64,000 bases of DNA from Mobula hypostoma (taxonomy: Eukaryota): NCBI RefSeq assembly GCF_963921235.1, contig NC_086097.1:174532001-174596000 (forward strand). Direction: 5' to 3'. Below, piece after piece: positions 12,601-23,719 of this stretch. Under the pieces are notes generated by a model. The model was not told where the DNA came from and did no database searches. It worked only from the letters and a program-made list of their open reading frames with translations. The translations under genes were made by a program, and so were the position numbers. Within the stretch, counting starts at the first letter, position 1; every line of letters begins with the position of its first letter.

Positions 12601-14039
12601 TTTTTGCCTGACTCATATGACTGTCACACTAGCCAAATTGAAGTGATTTTGACATTGGTCTATATCGTTAACTGAGTCAGAAGCCTTAAAAAGATAAGTA
12701 AAATGCAGTTCTTGGAGTTGCTCTAAATTTTTTTTATAAGATTTGCCTGATCTCAAAGATCACATCAGCAGTTCTTCATTGTACAATGGTTTCATAAAGG
12801 AGGAAGAAGTCAGTACAAAATAATTTTGGCAAGGAATTATTTTGGATTGGTGGATTGGAATAAATGTCACAGCATAGTCAGACTTATTCCCCATCTTGAA
12901 GATATTGCTAATCAAAAAGAGGTTTCTCTTTCCAGATCTTGTTTATCAGGAGGTAGCACCTTATCCAATTTGGAATAATTCTGCAAGAATACTACTTGAG
13001 TTGAGCACCTTGTTTTTCATCAATTTGATTGCGTGATAAAGCTTGTCAAGAGATGAGGCAGTGAGAATGGAGGGCAGGAGAGGAAGGGATATGCAAGGGT
13101 GGAGGGAATGTGGTTGCATCAATCATTTTTGTTTGGCGCAATGCCATGGATTCATTGGTGCTATGAGATTACATTGACTCATTGCTTAGAATCATTCACC
13201 TTTGACAGAGACACTGTCCTTGAGGATTTTGTATTGTTTTGCGAGAATAAGGTAATTTGACCATACTTGAAAATGGATAGGGCGGTAAGTGAACTTAGTA
13301 GAATTGAATCTCCTCATATCATGCTGGGGAAAAACCTGATGGATTTCCCTCATTTTTTATTCCACCTGTTCTTAATTTCTTGAATTTTATTTTGTACATA
13401 TTCCTTTGTTTTTAGTTTAGTTGGACGCTTTGGTGTGTGACAACTCACATTATGTACACGCTACTCTTATAACGTGTTGATAAAAATATAAAGAAATGAA
13501 TTCAGATAGGTTGCATATCAGTAGTGTTTCCTCTTCTTACTGAATAATTTGTTTCCTCAATATAATTGTTATTAGATGTTCTTAGCTATTTAAGAAATGT
13601 AACTGGTAGCTCCAATTCTGAGTATAATGTACAGAAAAATGATATAATGGCAAAATGGCCAAATTCAATACTGTAAAACAGTTTCAAAAATCTGCCAATT
13701 TCAGCATGTTTCCAAATTCTACACTTTAGCTTTGAAAGTGTTCAGTCTCTGGTGAATTCTGAAGATAAGTTAATGAATGTAATTGCAGTAACAGCAGTTC
13801 TGCACTGTTGATAAATTTGCCATTTGTCCTCAACTGTTTTTGGCTGAAATTCTTGGTGAATAATTTTTTAGAATTGTGTTTTTTTTTGCCTCTTCTATGA
13901 ATGAAACAACTGTATACTGATGTTCTGTTTCTGTGATAGAAACCGATTAAACATTTTTTAAAATTTATGAAGTAGTTATTCATTTTAAATGTTTTTCACA
14001 GGAAAGGAATAACTTTATTCTAGGTAAAGTAATCCCTCA

Positions 14040-14140
14040 GTAACACACACAAAATGCTGAAGGAACTCAGCAGGTCATGCAGCATCTATGGTGAAGAATA
14101 AAGAGCTGGCATTTCGGGCTGAGAGCTTTCATCGGACTGA
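14040..14140 (-). mobile_element. Older, degenerate Penelope pLTR fragment
   Basis: acacacaaaatgctgaaggaactcagcaggtcatgcagcatctatgg...tttcgggctgagagctttcatcggact is similar to the pLTR at 8445-8542. Confidence 0.65.
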
Positions 14141-14337
14141 TAATCTGCCTGCTACTCCCAACAAAGGATTGCGAGGACAGCCGAAGGGATTATTGGGATA
14201 TCTCTTCTTTCCATTAAAGATACTTATCAGAAATGCTGCAAATGCACGGCTTTTAACATTACCAATGACCCTTCTTATCCATCCAACAATCTCTTTGACC
14301 CCCTTCCCCCCACTATCAGGTAGGAGGTATCATAGCA

Positions 14338-14427
14338 ACACACATAAAAGTTGCTGGTGAACGCAGCAGGCCAGGCAGCATCTCTAGGAAGAGGTACAGT
14401 CGACGTTTCAGGCCGAGACCCTTCGTC
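14338..14427 (-). mobile_element. 90-bp Penelope pLTR insertion containing the hammerhead core
   Basis: Near identical to 8447-8537; 16-bp TSD aggaggtatc(a/g)tagca at 14322-14337 and 14428-14443. Confidence 0.85.
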
Positions 14428-15391
14428 AGGAGGTATCGTAGCATTAGGATGGGAAACAGCTTCTTCCTAAGGCCATAAGACTACCGAACTCCCTACCACT
14501 ATGTCAGACTCTCATTATACGGACTCAGGATTCAAATATTCAAAGAGCATTTATTATCAAAGAATGTACAAATATTGCATCCTTGAGATTTGTTACAGAG
14601 GTAGAAAAACAACAAAACGTGCAAACAATAGAAGTGAGCAACAGCATTCCAAACCAAATTAAGTCCTTAGATCAGAGTAGGCCCAAAGCCTCGGTATTCG
14701 TTATATTAGCAGGGCAAGTCGGTGCATAGTTTGAAGGCTTGAAGTACAGTAGCTGGGGGCAGTCTCACAGCATCAGTGTGCAGAGAGGGGAGCCCCCAGA
14801 CTGTCTGCGCCAGCATTTAAATTGTCCAAATTGCGCTCTAGGACCTGGGCCCGGCAATAGGGAATTGCACCAGGCTTATATTTTGCTGATGAAGAAGCCA
14901 TCCTCGACCTCTCCAAATCGGCTTGGTGCCCAGACCAATGCAACCTCACCTGACCTCGACACCCTGCCTTTCCAGTCTATGTATGCCGGCATTTAGATTG
15001 TGCAAACAGCAAATTGTACCTCACATTAGGTCCTGAGCCTCACCGTGGTGAATCGCTCTGAGCTTAGAACATGCCGACTAGCAATTCACTTTCGACCTGG
15101 AATTTGCTGCCAAAGAAGCTGTTCTTGACCTCTCCAAATTAGCTCGGCACTTTAAGCGATCTGACCTCACATCCAGGCCAACTGGATAGGCATCAGAAGG
15201 GGCTCTCCTCTGTCCTGTCTTCTCCCCTCCAAATCATTCACTTCAATCAGTACAGCTTAAGGTCCAAATGCATTGATTTTGCGGCACACCAACAGGGCAC
15301 ATCTTTCGAGTTCGTTTTGCCCTTCACTTGCCTGTTTGTTCACTGTTTGCAGTGGTAGTATATTGTAATCTACTTTTAAAAAAGTGTTATT

Positions 15392-17856
15392 GAATGCAAT
15401 TATCAGCTTATATATAAAAAAATTAAGGAAGATATAACAAGATGGAACCTAATTCCTTTTCTTGGTCTCTGTTCAAGGATTGAATCTATTAAAATGAATA
15501 TACTGCCCAGACTACTATATCTCTTTCAGACCCTACCAATAGAGATTAACCAAAATCAATTCAATGAATGGAACAAGATGCTATCAAGATATAAATGGCA
15601 AGGTAAAAGGCCTAGGGTTCATGGCAAAACTTAGCAATTAGCCAAGGAAAAGGGGGGATGGGGCCTACCTTCTCTTAGAGATTACTATTTTGCAGCACAG
15701 TTGAGGCTGTGATATGCTGGTGCAACCCATCATATGACGCTCAGTGGAAAAATAGGAGAGGATACTTTCCATCCCCATACAGGCAATTTTGGCTAATAAC
15801 AACCTACAAAGTTACATAAATAATATTGACAACCCGTGGGTGAAATGGACTCTTAAAATTTTGAAAACTATTATAAAAGAATATAAACTAGAGAGAGACA
15901 TTGCGATTCTTAAATGGTGTGCATATGACTCGGATTTTGCACCAAATAAACTGGATGCTAGATTTAAGGACTGGACAGCTGAAGGAATAACAGCTATTTG
16001 CAATATAATGAAAGAAGGAACACTGTTCAGTTTTGAAATGCTCAAAGAGAAACACTTACTAGAAAAACAAGACTTTTACCTGGATTTACAGATGCGACAG
16101 TGGGTTAATAGGATGGTTAAAAATGTAACCAAGGCAAGTACATGTCTGATAGAGCTATTTAGAAAAGCATATAATTCAAACAATGGTAGTAGAATAATTT
16201 CAAGCGTGTATAAGGGTTTGTCAAATCGTAAAACACATTCAACTTCATACATTAAAACAAAATGGGAGACGGAAGGAGGGATAATAATATCTGAGGAAGA
16301 CTGGACAATAATATGGCGGTATCAATGGAAGTGTACCAGTTCACAGAAATGGAGGGAGTTTGGGTGGAAAAACTTGATAAGATATTTTATTACACCCTCT
16401 CAGAAATCCCATTATGATAGTAACCCCCCCTGTTTGCTGGAGAAATTGTGGAAACCAAAATGCAAACCATTATCATATCTTCTGGGAATGCCCCGTTATC
16501 AAAGACTATTGGAGTGGGATACATAATGCCCTACAAGAAATCTTTAAATGTGAAATACCCTTAGAGAGTAAGACAGTACATTTTGGGTATATACCTCAAG
16601 AATGGCTGAAAAGAGATACATATTTAATGAATGTACTGCTGGTGGCTGGTAAAAAGACCGTTACCAAGAAATGGTTATCACAGGAGAGCCCAACTTTAAA
16701 TGTATGGATGGAAATTACAATGGACATTTACAAAATGGAGAAGATAACAGCATCTGTTAATCATAAGTTGGAACAACTTTATTCATACTGGAAAAAATGG
16801 TTTAACTACATAACACCTCATAGGCCTGATTTTATTCTCACAAGTCAATGAATATGTTGTAAAAAAAAAGATCACTCCCTACTCTGTACATACTTTTCTT
16901 CTTTTGATTGTTCTTTCTTTCCTCTGTGACGCCAAACCAAGTTATCGGACGATTGATGCTGATGAGAGAGATAAGAGAGACAATGGAGAAACGTTCAAAA
17001 TGTTAATGAGAGAGGAGAGAGAGATTAACGGAAAAGAAACACAATTCAGCTATTGACAGACCAGTTACTTTGAACCTGAACTGTTTGAAGTTAGATGGAC
17101 AAGTGATACCCCAGCAGGGGGATAAAAAGAGCAGGTACGCTAGGCACGCAACACCATGAGATAACGAGACCCTGGAAAGAGCGGTGTGCCCCCACAAGTT
17201 GGTGGGAGTTTGGAGGTCCGGTTCACGGGAACCGACCATAGACTCACAGGGTGTAAAGGTACGATCGGTGGGAACCTGATGTGTGTGTCCGCCCTTGCCT
17301 GGGTGCCGGGTTCACCGCGGAAGAACGGTCGTATCCGGAATGGAGGGGTCACAGTCAGTGACCACAGCGGGATAGGAGACATCAAAGGTCTGCCTGAAAC
17401 AAACTGCATCCCCTCCCCTCTCTCTCTCTCTCCAACGGCACAACAGCGATTACTGTGAACTGAACTCTGCGTCACTTAAGACTGATCATTTTACCCCTAG
17501 ACTGCAATAGAGCTTGGTTTGATTCCTATTACTCTAGTTCTGAGTACATGTGTGTATTATCATTGCTAACCTGTTGCATTTATATCCTTACGATTAGAGT
17601 ACTGTGTTACTTATTTCTTTAATAAAACTTTATTAGTTCCTAGTAATCCAGACTCCAACGAGTGGTCCATTTCTGCTGGTTTGGCAACCCAGTTACGGGG
17701 TACGTAACACCTCTCCTTCCTATAAGTGTATACCTCAGATAAATATTATGTGGAGATTTGTGACAAATATGATTATATGATATATATGTACAGTATCTGA
17801 AATACATCTTATGGAAATGTTTGTTTGATGATGAAATTCAATAAAAAATAAATTAC
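15392..17856 (+). mobile_element. 5'-truncated L1-clade LINE (ORF2 C-terminal half, frameshifted)
   Basis: IKMNILPRLLYLFQTLP motif near 15490; CCHC knuckle CWRNCGNQNANHYHIFWECP; A-rich tail; 14-bp TSD aaaaaagtgttatt at 15378-15391 and 17857-17870, at a TTTT/AAAA site. Confidence 0.9.
16925..17709 (+). mobile_element. Solo LTR (785 bp) inserted in the L1 3' UTR
   Basis: Termini TGTGACG...CGTAACA, 4-bp TSD cctc at 16921-16924 and 17710-17713, AATAAA at 17621. Confidence 0.88.
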
Positions 17857-18183
17857 AAAAAAGTGTTATTAATAATGTTCTTAATCGAATTCCTTTGCTT
17901 TTGAACCACCAGTAAGCTATCTCACGTCTTTGGTAGTGCCATCTTAAAATGGACCCATCATTAATGGAGCACCAGTTCATAAATTTTTAACTTGTATATG
18001 CACCTTATAATTTATTAATTTATTTGGTATAATATTATCTTATGTGTTGTGTGTGAGTTATATGTACTATGTTGTGCACCTTGGTCTGGAGGAACGTTGC
18101 TTTGTTTGGTCGTATGCCTGTGTACAGTTAAATGACAATAAACTGAACATGAACTTGAATTCCCCATTTTATACATTTGCCAG

Positions 18184-18367
18184 GATGAAGATGAAGTTGA
18201 TACCTACACCATGGTGAAGACTAGCCATGCAACCACAAGTACAATGAGGGCAACCAGTACCATGAGTGAAGGTGCCCAAACAATGATCGAGCACAACAGT
18301 ACCATGTTGGAATCAGATTTGGGGACCATGGTAATTAACAGTGATGATGAGGATGGAACCATGAAAA
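18184..18367 (+). CDS. STK3: STK3/MST2 internal coding exon (equivalent to human exon 9; regulatory linker)
   Basis: Acceptor ...tttgccag|GAT, donor AAAA|gtaagt; 184 nt, phase 0 to phase 1. Translation DEDEVDTYTMVKTSHATTSTMRATSTMSEGAQTMIEHNSTMLESDLGTMVINSDDEDGTMK closely matches the recalled human MST2 linker (DEDELDSHTMVKTS...TMRATSTMSEGAQTMIEHNSTMLESDLGTMVINS...DGTMK) rather than MST1. Confidence 0.96.
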
Positions 18368-18597
18368 GTAAGTAAAATACATTACTTTTTAACTTTTTAG
18401 CACTTCTAAGTGTTGAATACTACGGATTATCATTTTTTGCAATAATGCACATTTATAATAGTGCTTTTACCAATATTACTACAAATTCTAAGCCCTGAAT
18501 TAAAATGAATGTAAAGTAAATTAAGGGGAACTATTTAGTGAGAAGGGTATAGTGGATGACACAGATGCCATGAATGTCTTGTGAACCTTATAGTTAG

Positions 18598-18720
18598 CAA
18601 GGGTCTTGGCCCGAAACATTGATAATACTCTTTTCCACTGCCTGGCCTGCTGAGTTCCTCCAGCGTTTTGTGTGTGTTACTTGGATTTCTAGCATCTGCA
18701 GATTTTCTCTTGTTTGTAGC
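18598..18720 (+). mobile_element. Degenerate Penelope pLTR fragment
   Basis: aagggtcttggcccgaaacattga...ctgcctggcctgctgagttcctccagc...agcatctgcagatttt. Confidence 0.7.
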
Positions 18721-18845
18721 AAGCATCCTTTGATAGAATTAACATCTATGAGAAAATAATCCTGAAGTTTGCTGATGTCTGAAGTCAGCATTGTTATTCA
18801 TCAATAATCAAAGACAAATGTGTGAGGTAGTGTACAGGATACAGA

Positions 18846-21378
18846 CAGGGGTGGCGCTGAGGTGGTGCTAGCTGGTGCTATAGCCCCAGCAGAAAAATAC
18901 AATAGCACCGCCACAGCCCCACCAAGAAATAAACTGAAATTTGACATACAAATTGCAGCTGCTTTGCTTTCTCTGTATAGTTTTGAATACAGCTTGTTTC
19001 TCCAGTTGATCTGGTGAAACGGCGCCCCCAATTACCACAGCACTCATGCAGCAATAAAGTTATAATCTCTGTCTCTGTGCTGGTCTAAGGTCACATCCAT
19101 TCTACACTTCTGCTTATTAGTTCGTTGTCAATGTCTTGCCATTGCTGTCCTCAGATCAGTTAAGCTGATCTAAGATCTCTTAAGGTGGTGATGTCACTCA
19201 CTCTCACTCACGCGAGAGATTGATAGTATACATCCAGGCGCAGATCCATGGTCTCGCGAGACTAATGGATGGGGCCCCCCCCCCACACACACACACACAT
19301 TGTGCTTTTACAAGCTAGCGTGGGCTTGGCATGTGCATTATTTTGGCCGGCGTGAAAAATGGATCGATTTTTAGTCAGAAAGCGACCTCATCCAGAGGAA
19401 TCAGTTGTGTCTCAGCCTGAGCCTGTCTTAATTGAAAGTGACATGCAGAAAGAAATGTGGGGATGAGGACGACAGCAGTTCATCGAAGGAATGTGAGGGC
19501 GAAGTAGAAGAACAAGAAATGGAGCGGGATTCGGAAGAGAACTTGGATGAAGCTGCTCATAGTGCGAGTGGGGATACTGTTAGCAATGTTAGCCAGCAGC
19601 CTGAGGAAGAACCCGGTCGGCCAGCATTGAAAAACTGCCCTTCGCAGCAGTTTGGCAATCAGCAAAGCAGTTTTATTCGTGGCTGGTTTGACCTGTACTC
19701 CTGGCTGGAATATTGGATCATGAAAGATACTACGTTCTGTTTTGCATGCAGGCATTTCGTGTGCGGAGGACATTGGTTCCATTCTGAGTCTAGCTTCACT
19801 GTCACCAGTTACCGCAACTGGCGGAAAGCTACAACAGCTTTCAAAACCCACCATGTGAGTGCAGCTCATAAGTTTGCTATGGAGGCATGGGCCGAATTCA
19901 GAGTGAGAAAACAAGATGGTTCAAGATTGGGAAATATACGTGACAAAGGACATGCAAAGATTGTCCAAGAAAGTCGTGAGTGTATGTGAGCAGTGGTTGA
20001 GTTTCTACGCTATACTGCATGCCAAGGCATTGTCCAGCGAGGACACCAGGAGGATAATGGATCTGGCAATAGGGGAAACTTTGTTGAGTTGCTCAGTGTA
20101 ATTGGGAAGTTTGATAAGACTGTAGCTAAAAAAAATAAGAGGATAATCCTGGAAATGCAAAGAACACCCATCACGATATCCAAAATGAAATTATGGGTAT
20201 TATGGCAGATATGGTCAGATGTCAAATAAGTGCAGAAATCAAGGAGGCTGGATATTTTGCCATCATGGTGAATGAAAGTAAAGATTTGAGTAAAAGGGAG
20301 CAAATATCAGTGGTGGTGCAGTATTTGAATAACGAAACAGTGCTTGAAGAATTCTTGCACTTCACTCCAGCAGAAGGGTTGGACGCAGAGTCGCTTCTTA
20401 AAAGCATTGAGCAGACACTCGCCCAGTGTGTTATTGATAAGAACGCGTGTATAGGTCAGTGTTATGACGGGGCGGCAGTGATGTCCGGGTGCAATAACGG
20501 GGTACAAGAGAGGTTCAGGAAAGAGGTCCTGCAGCCAGACCCCGGTGTTGTACAGTGAACAGCCGGAGGACCAAGGCACTTGACATCCAGAAAATCATTG
20601 ATGCTTTCACCAACAATCACAACAACAGATGGATTGTGCTTCTCTGAAAACATCAATGGTGAATGCAGTTGATTTTTAAAAAAATTGGGCCAAGACTAAT
20701 GCTGATTATTGTTATTATTTTGTGGTGGATACCCCATAGTCCTTATGTTTCCTGCAAATCCTAAAATATTACATTTACTGCTATTAAGCCTACTGGTTTT
20801 GCTTAGACTTCCAAGCAGTGATTCTGTTGATTTTTGTTTAAATTCAATAGCCGAATTAATTGATGCATGTTAATTAATTAATTGGTGCATGATCAGAGTA
20901 CGATTTGTCCAACTCCTGGTAAAGCCTTGAATCCGTTGTTTGCCTTATTTGACTTTAATAATGGTGTATCTTTTGGCATTGCTGAATATGTAATGCGAAT
21001 AGCAGTGGGTCCATGTTGTGTTTTTCAGTTGAAAAGCATGCATTTGACGCTGATTGCGGGATTCGTGCGTGATTCACGTTGTCCGCTGTTGCTCAGATGC
21101 TCTGTTTCTTTTTTTTGTTTATGCTCCTTGTAGCCCGGGTTGCCTCCGATGCTGTTGACACTGTAACAGTTCACTTCTATATTAGATCTATCAATTGCTG
21201 TTGCTTGTGAATCAACAGAGGCATTTATAGTAGGCACATAATGCTTGAAACTGACTTTTAACGCCATGTGTCTGGCCTTGCAAATACATATTACCATACA
21301 GCGCATCCCTCAGCACCATCACTGAATCATTCTGCCCCTCAGTAGCACAGCAAGAAAAAATCTCTGGCGCCGCCACTG
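18846..21378 (+). mobile_element. hAT DNA transposon (ZMYM1-like/Tip100-type transposase), internally deleted and disabled
   Basis: Imperfect TIRs caggggtggcgc / gcgccgccactg; perfect 8-bp TSD gatacaga at 18838-18845 and 21379-21386. Broken transposase from ATG 19359 to ~20647: TTF-type Zn finger (WFDLYSWLEY...FCFACRHF), RGHQED...GNFVELL, FAIMVNESKD, GQCYDGAAVMSG. Confidence 0.92.
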
Positions 21379-21524
21379 GATACAGAGTTCATATGCCAGT
21401 GGGTTTGGTGGGGGTGGGATCATCTTTGGCAGGCACAGCAGTAAAAACTTGTGCGTTCACATTGGTCCTGGGTAAGGTTCCAAAAAGCATATGTGACTGA
21501 TTTCTTATGGTTCCTTTAGGAATA

Positions 21525-22310
21525 AAGTGGATTCTGGTTAATTGGACTATCAGTTAATTGGGGCAGCCAGTTAATTGGGGCAACTCTTAAAGAACAAAAA
21601 CAAATCCAGAAAATCCAGATACTATGCCGCTTAATTGGGACAGGAGACTATAGCCGAACAGTTTCTAATTAGCGTCAGTCATGTGGCCGTTATGCACTAC
21701 AGCATGCTTAGAATGAAGAGTTTTTAAATAGCATCAGTTGCATGTTTGTGTTAAGAAAGCAGTAATTTTGTCACTGATAGTTGGTTTAAAAAAAAGCAAA
21801 AAGACAATTCAGAGCTGTTTGGCTCACTGCATTTTCAAGCATTCAGGCTCGGTGATGCTAGAAACAGCCAGGAGTGTAAATGAAACAATTTCATGACTTC
21901 AGGAAGTTAGAAACTGTGAAGAATTTGAAGGCATTGACCAGCATCTTGAATGTTACAATGAAAATTAAGATTTGGAAGATGCAGTTGTCGAAAACATTGA
22001 ATGGAGGCAGTCCATTATCTACACGGGTGATGGACTGATTTTGTTCACTACAGTCAAAATCAAAAGAACACTGGATGAATTCCTCCATCAATAACTATCA
22101 AGACCTAATACACAGTTTTATAGCACTGTAGTAGTATTGATAGTGTTCTAATTTGTTCTGTATTTCATTTAAGAACATAATTTGTTACTCAGATAAATGG
22201 TAGTTTGTCTTTTTTTATACCTTTTTAACTATTTCTGTGAAACTTTGGCTAGTTGGGGCAGTGCCAAAATGTACTGCTCCTGATGTGTCCCAATGAGCTG
22301 GAATTTACTG
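21525..22310. mobile_element. Non-autonomous Tigger/pogo-like DNA element
   Basis: Degenerate TIRs aagtggattctggttaattggac / gtcccaatgagctggaatttactg with flanking TA; subterminal ttaattggg repeats. Confidence 0.65.
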
Positions 22311-22524
22311 TATATTCATTTAGTTACCTTAAATTATGATATTGTGAACAATACTTACAAACTGTAAATGTCTGTAGCTTCATCAATCAAAGCTGCAATG
22401 TCATCCTCTCTGAGCCCTGGGATCATGTTTGTTACTTCGAAATGAGACTTTGGTTCTTGAAAATCAGAAAGAAATACACATGTTGAAAATCTGGAATAAA
22501 AACAGAAAATGCAAGAAATATTTG

Positions 22525-22718
22525 GCTCTTAGCCCCATCCCTCCTCCTCTTGTCTTCTCCTATAATTTTGGATCTTCCTCTCCCCCTCCCACTTTCAAAT
22601 CTCTTACTGTCTCTTCTTTCAGTTAGTCCTGATGAAGGGTCTCGGCCCGAAACATCGACTGTACCTCTTCCTATAGATGCTGCCTGGCCTGCTGCGTTCA
22701 CCAGCATTTTTTGTGTGT
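22525..22718 (+). mobile_element. Penelope pLTR fragment with hammerhead motif at 22625-22660
   Basis: AGTC CTGATGA AGGGTCTCGGCCC GAAACATC GACT; the ACGT palindrome is mutated to ACAT. Confidence 0.8.
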
Positions 22719-23719
22719 AATGCTAAATTTGCCTTTTATTGACTCATTTATTTTTCTTATTGTTTGCTTTATTTGTTATTGATAATTGGTAATGAGATAG
22801 TGACTTTTGCTGGGTTTATTCTGTTCCACGGTGATACCTCTCAATTTCTGAAAGGCCTGAAGTTTTTGCATGTTTCTTTTACAGTATTGTTTAGTACTTT
22901 CAGTGTAGGAAGTCATTTAAATGATCTTGCACTGCCTTGGTTGTCAGCTTTTCCCAAGAAAACATCACAGGAGGCAGTAGGTGATTAAGGCCTGTCAGCT
23001 AATGTTGGTTAGTCAGTCTCTGTACTAGTGTTCCAAGTCTGAAGTGAACAAATTCAACTTGAATTTAGTTAAATTGTGATATTCTTGCCACAACAGTGAA
23101 GACCTATAGATATCATGCATCTTCCATACCTTTTACAGTACACCGTACAAGAGTTAAGATTGGATTGAATCTGGCTGGACTTTAATCATCACACTGGCAC
23201 TCTGCTGCTGTTTGTGATTCTTTCCTCAAATTGCCTACTGAGTCTACACTGACCTTATTTACACATGTCAATGCCCTTTGGCTTCTAAATTGTCAGTTAG
23301 GTGGAGTAAGTGATAACACATAGCAGCTGCTAGGATCAACTGATCTGTAAAGGTTCTTCACTCTATTCAACAGAGATTTTCAAAACGGAGTTTACAGAAA
23401 CAATCTTGTAAGCCACATTATGATATGCTGAATTATCTATGTTTTATGTTCAACTCTTGAAGATGTATTCTCTACCTTGCATATATTTTTTGCAGTGCTT
23501 TTCAGATCTAACAAAAAAGGAGCCAGTGTATGTAAGGTTGACCTATAGATATTGAACCAAACTTTTATTTCTGATAAAAAATTAAATTTTTATTAGTTGT
23601 CCACAAGGCCATAATGTTAAAGAGTCTTTCCAAATGTGGGGCTTAATTATCAACAGCTCTATATCACACCTATCTAATAAGTTCTCCCAGAATTCCTAAA
23701 AAAAGAAACAAGATGGAGG

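Larger units (their letters stand above)
14527..17945 (-). mobile_element. Non-coding ~0.9-kb retroposon (14527-15391 and 17871-17945) split by an L1 insertion
   Basis: Reverse-complement similarity to 37163-38079/39197-39250; 5' end AAGATGGCACTACC at 17945; 3' tail ctttgataataaatg...tttgaa. Confidence 0.65.
14155..18160 (+). mobile_element. Rex1-type LINE 3' fragment hosting a multi-level nest; its tail ends about 24 bp upstream of the STK3 exon
   Basis: RT C-terminal remnant (PPLSGRRY) at ~14160-14500; 3' UTR with aatgacaataaactgaacatgaacttgaa at ~17950-18160. Confidence 0.6.

Noticed and set aside
1..18183. Upstream STK3 kinase-domain exons
   Set aside because: No sequence encoding the expected HPFI..AKPVSILRDLI-type peptide was seen; those exons presumably lie before the window.
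19432..20558. ZMYM1-like host gene
   Set aside because: Bounded by TIRs and an 8-bp TSD, with stops, frameshifts and an internal deletion: a transposon.
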